Positions 60,265-64,000 of a DNA stretch of 64,000 nt are shown in pieces. The notes beneath the pieces were generated by a model, which did no database searches, was not told where the DNA came from, and worked only from the letters and a program-made list of their open reading frames with translations. The translations under genes were made by a program, and so were the position numbers. Each line of letters opens with the position of its first letter. The first letter of the stretch is position 1. Source of the DNA: a virus (lineage: Duplodnaviria; Caudoviricetes); the IMG/VR virus record IMGVR_UViG_3300029913_000001. One strand, 5' to 3'.

Positions 60265-62123
60265 ATGAGCAATTCGAGAATTGACCCAATGAGTCGTGAA
60301 ATTTTAACAAATCCCAATTTTGATTTTTCCCAGGTTACCTGGGAAAATATTGTTGAGATGACCTCTTTCTGGCGGTGCCGATTTGCGAAACCCTCTCGTG
60401 CTTGCAGAGCCTGGGTAGTTATGATACGGTCGAAATGTCCAACCTTATATAATCGGCTCGGTGGCGCCTTGCTAGACGGCATCACTATTCAACAACGAGA
60501 AGATTACAATAAATATTTTTCTCATCTATGGAGAAAGAAATTCTACTCAACGCATAGCAAGGACCAAGTACCCGTTCTCGAAGATTTCGATGAAGTCGAA
60601 GCCGAAAAGCAATATGGAATTTGGATAATTCAGGAGGTTAACTAAATGAATAATGGAAAATGCGGCTATGTATGTTTTTATGGAAGCAAGCGAATTGAAA
60701 TCTATGCCAATTCAACGTACGAAGCGCAAAAACTTGCCGCCGAGCAATTGAAAGTAAAGCCCAAGTTCGCTTATAAGATCAGCGTTAATCTTTGCGAACG
60801 GGCCGATGGCAGTGAAGTAATTCATACCACTAGTTAAGAAAGGAATAGAAATGCCTGACGATTTTCTCAATGGAATGAAAAATTTTGTTAACGGCTGGTG
60901 TGAGCGTGAAGCTCGAATTCGGCGTGCTAATGAAGGTCGGCGGCGATGTGTACATGAAATTGGCTGGATGCAGAATAAAATTTCTGAACTAGAAAAGAAA
61001 CTCGTTAATCGACCTTCAACTATCAAAGAAATTAATAATTTAAAACATCAGATTCGAGAGCATGAGGTTAAACTCGCTTTCGATCCCTATCTCAACCCCG
61101 ACTGGAAATGCGATGAAAATTAGTGACGTACGGAAAATTTATCCAGATGCGATTGCCGTTCACTATTCTTTTTGGCGAAATAGTAATTTTGCAATTTGTG
61201 CCGGCATTCCAAATTTCGAAAAATATCTTCGTGACGTATTTATATTTTCCTCTCGAGACTATAGTGTATATAAAGGCATGCTTCGATTATCTGAATGGTC
61301 TGAGAACGCCGATAGCGCATGGCAGTCTGCATTCGAACGAATTGACCGAGAATTAATTAATAGGTTATCGGAATGATAGAACGCTCTTCATCCGAAAAAG
61401 TAAACGCCGACTTCTGGAATGTCAGCAACCAAGAAGAGTATCTGAAAATACGAGGCTATCTTTTAGAGAAAAGTTTTCTAATTTACTCATTAGACAATGC
61501 GGATCCGAGATTTAAACTCTTTAGAAATAAATTTAACCGGCTCGACAATATGTTTGATTGCGGTATTTTCTTCACCAATAGAACAAAATTTAATACAAAT
61601 CGAACCTTCTCAAAAAAAGAACTCGACAAAGCAAATCGTATTTTACAATCAATTCGAGATCTTTTATTAATCATACGTATAGAACAATAATGCGCATTGA
61701 AAATAAAAAAGAATACTATGATAAAATCCGGCCATATTTATTCGGTCTCTATACCTGCGATAGTGTCGCCTCCTTAGATCTCGGACGGCTATGCGATTTT
61801 ATTCAATTTATCGATTATAATGTTGATAATAATCAAATGAAAAAAGCAAATAGCAGGCTACAAGAAATGTTAAATTTTCTTTTAATTATCAAATTATCGA
61901 GGTAATAATGAAAAAACGTGAAATAAAATTCCTTGCTTGCGAAAAATTATTAGGTAAAATGGATCGAATCTTAGAAAATATTATTGTTGATTCAGCTAGA
62001 AATCATCCTAGAGCAGTCTATTTAAATACCCGAGCACTTCATCGTTATGCTACGGAATTACAGCAGAGGTTTCCAAATGCTACCCGACTCGACCTTGAAT
62101 TAATTAATAAACTTTCGAGCTAA
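60265..62123 (+). CDS. Plus-strand island of small early ORFs (60265, 60646, 60851, ~61108, 61373, 61690, 61908)
   Basis: Co-oriented and coupled ORFs downstream of promoter copy 8. The last four end in the LIx[RK]L-type tag. Confidence 0.7.
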
Positions 62124-62185
62124 AATATGCAACTAAAAAATTACAAGAAATGTTAAACCTGTTATTAATACTTAAATTAGAACGA

Positions 62186-62215
62186 GAAAAAGCCACTCCT
62201 AGGAGTGGCTTTTTC
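62186..62215. terminator. Bidirectional terminator (perfect 30-bp palindrome)
   Basis: GAAAAAGCCACTCCTAGGAGTGGCTTTTTC at the strand switch. Confidence 0.85.
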
Positions 62216-62447
62216 GTATGTTTATAATTTTAATCCACACGCCGATAAACTCCGGCGGCAATTACTAACTCCTCCGGTACAAGCATTTCTTTAACTGGAA
62301 CACCATTGGCATACCCCGTAAACCGTCCCAATGATTCTAAACCAACTATATTCTGCGTACCAACTCCGCCCAGATAAATTCCTGTAATCCGAAAGGAATT
62401 ATGACTAACAATTACAATATCACCCACTTTCATCTAATGCTCTTTTT

Positions 62448-62906
62448 TCATTCATTAATTGAAATATCTTCTAATCCAGCCGCACGAAGTTTTGCAATCG
62501 CACTTAAAGAATAACTCTTAGATTCAAGCCCTTTCATGATAGAAAGATACTTATTTCGAATTAGAGCAACTTCATTAATAGCTTCCTCAAAATCACAAAC
62601 CTCTTTTTCGCCTTCTGCATAGCGTTCTGCATCTCGAGAGGTTAACGCTTTATTATAGGTTTCGAGATATTTTTTAAAATTAGTTTGCTTGATTTGTTTT
62701 AGTTGAATATTAAGATAGACCAATATAGCTTCGATTTCTTGTAATTGAGTGAACCGCCACTCGGTTACTCCAGGCAATGCGGCCAAATTTTTTTCCACAT
62801 TGCCTTTTAATTGAACCTCAACTCGAGCTTCGGATAATTCTTTATTGTAGTAATCCATCATTGCATCTAAAAAACTTAGGTCTTTAGATATTTTTTGAAA
62901 CCACAT
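62448..62906 (-). CDS. uvsY: Recombination mediator UvsY-like protein
   Basis: RDAERYAEGE...VALIRNKYLSIMKGLESK...KLRAAGLED. Confidence 0.8.
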   Translation of the reverse strand: MWFQKISKDLSFLDAMMDYYNKELSEARVEVQLKGNVEKNLAALPGVTEWRFTQLQEIEAILVYLNIQLKQIKQTNFKKYLETYNKALTSRDAERYAEGEKEVCDFEEAINEVALIRNKYLSIMKGLESKSYSLSAIAKLRAAGLEDISINE

Positions 62907-62908
62907 TA

Positions 62909-63556
62909 CTATTCCTCATCTTCCGAAGGATCCCAATAGGCATCATCCGCATCTTCCTCTTCTGCAACAATCTGATAGGCTTCATTCAAATCAGAATCTA
63001 AATCGGCTACGGCTCGTAATTCATCCTTATCCAAAATAGAATTAAGATAGCTAACTAATTGTTCTGCGGCCGAGGTATGATCGCGGCGCGGAATATATTC
63101 TACTAACAACTGCCAACATTCAGAAATTAATTCAGGCGTTTCTTTCGTCATAATGATCCTTTATTATCTGCTAGTTACATTATAGGCAGTACTCTTATCA
63201 TGCAAATCTGCTGCCCAATTATTCATTTGCATGATAGTAGTCCCTTCATCCATAACGTTAATAATTTGATTATCCTTAAGGGCCGTTAAATCGGGTGAAT
63301 TTGCAGTTAATCTTTCGACAACTCCATGCTCTTCCATTGCCGCAACAGCAAGCGCGGCAATTTTTCTCAAATCAGGTAATGCACTATAATCACCATTAGT
63401 TGTACTGACTAATTCCATAGCATGTTTTATATAATGATCTAGGTAAACCAAATATTCTGTTACGCTATGATTATGCGCTGGGCGTGGCCATCTAATGTCC
63501 TGGTAGTCACGCTCAGTAGAAATTATGTTAAATACTTCTTGTCGTATATTAGTCAA
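62909..63556 (-). CDS. Two hypothetical proteins (62909-63151, 63164-63556)
   Basis: ORF track. 63164 contains a ERDYQD.RW...DLRKIAALAVAAMEEHG (MazG-like helical) pattern. Confidence 0.65.
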
Positions 63557-64000
63557 TAAGTTCTCCTTTCTGTTTTTCTTTAGATGTCCACAGCCAGCTA
63601 TCTTGCCCGCAATCCCAAATTCTATCTAGATTAAGTATATTTTTTGTTATTTGAGATTCGGTATAAATCGACCAGTCTTCGTTTAGAGGATTTAATTTTG
63701 GATCTGCACTTAATTTAAGCAGCTTCTTTTTAGTGAATTTACTACGATGCCATCTGGTTAAATAATCTGTATACCAATAGATAGGTTTACCATTAGATAT
63801 CTTATTAAAACCCAATTTCGCATATACTTTACCGGTGAACCAGCGTCTGTCACAATAACTTATAATCGACTTTGGCTGTAACTCAGAGAGCATAAATTTC
63901 CATAATTTTTCAACTCCGCCAATAATAATTGTATCATTCTTAAATACCAATCTCAATAATTCCCATTCAGAAGTTTTATTGTATCGTGGTCTGCCAAAAG
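63549..64000 (-). CDS. 3' part of a Hef-like (PD-(D/E)XK) free-standing endonuclease; begins outside the window
   Basis: FGRPRYNKTSEWELLR...IIGGVEKL...IISYCDRRWFTGKVY..LGF...YWY...RIWDCG. Confidence 0.7.
   Translation of the reverse strand, partial: FGRPRYNKTSEWELLRLVFKNDTIIIGGVEKLWKFMLSELQPKSIISYCDRRWFTGKVYAKLGFNKISNGKPIYWYTDYLTRWHRSKFTKKKLLKLSADPKLNPLNEDWSIYTESQITKNILNLDRIWDCGQDSWLWTSKEKQKGELID

Noticed and set aside
803-62123. C-terminal tag as a DNA-level recombination site (integron-like attC)
   Set aside because: Synonymous codons differ widely between copies and there is no shared palindrome or integrase. Only the 10875/11297 pair shares DNA identity.
1-64000. Stop-codon reassignment (TAG/TGA), given several interrupted small ORFs
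   Set aside because: All long conserved genes are open in the standard code, and most interruptions need a frame change rather than readthrough.

Overview
64-kb segment of a large, AT-rich, T4-like (jumbo-type) bacteriophage genome, read with the standard genetic code; most genes are on the minus strand. The left ~34 kb is largely accessory and early. It holds an NAD salvage set (Nampt, Nmnat-Nudix, NADAR), nucleotide-modifying enzymes, arrays of small paralogous ORFs, a class II ribonucleotide reductase, UvsE, a radical SAM enzyme and an NAD-dependent DNA ligase. Positions ~34-56 kb hold late/structural genes and a replication module (helicase, primase, mini-DnaE, clamp-loader-like protein, UvsW). 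A second accessory island, UvsY and a Hef-like endonuclease close the window. Main findings: (1) uvsW is fractured by an atypically split intein (29-aa IntN, 135-aa IntC) with a broken HNH gene and a Walker-A remnant between the halves; (2) a 244-nt ORF-less group I intron sits in the NrdJ active site; (3) about 18 intact small proteins of at least three unrelated folds share a C-terminal L-I-x-[RK]-L-[SGE] tag; (4) late-promoter genes with a shared N-terminal M-x-[IL]-x-E motif encode two T7-kinase-like proteins, a GNAT-like protein and a ligase-fold protein, possibly a capsid-packaged enzyme set; (5) a 190-aa DnaE-like protein keeps all three catalytic Asp motifs; (6) eight exact copies of a 21-bp promoter cassette, an 18-bp upstream motif, and a ~200-bp element duplicated in inverted orientation. 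Several small genes carry single-base indels that could be assembly errors. All family assignments come from motif recognition, not from database searches.
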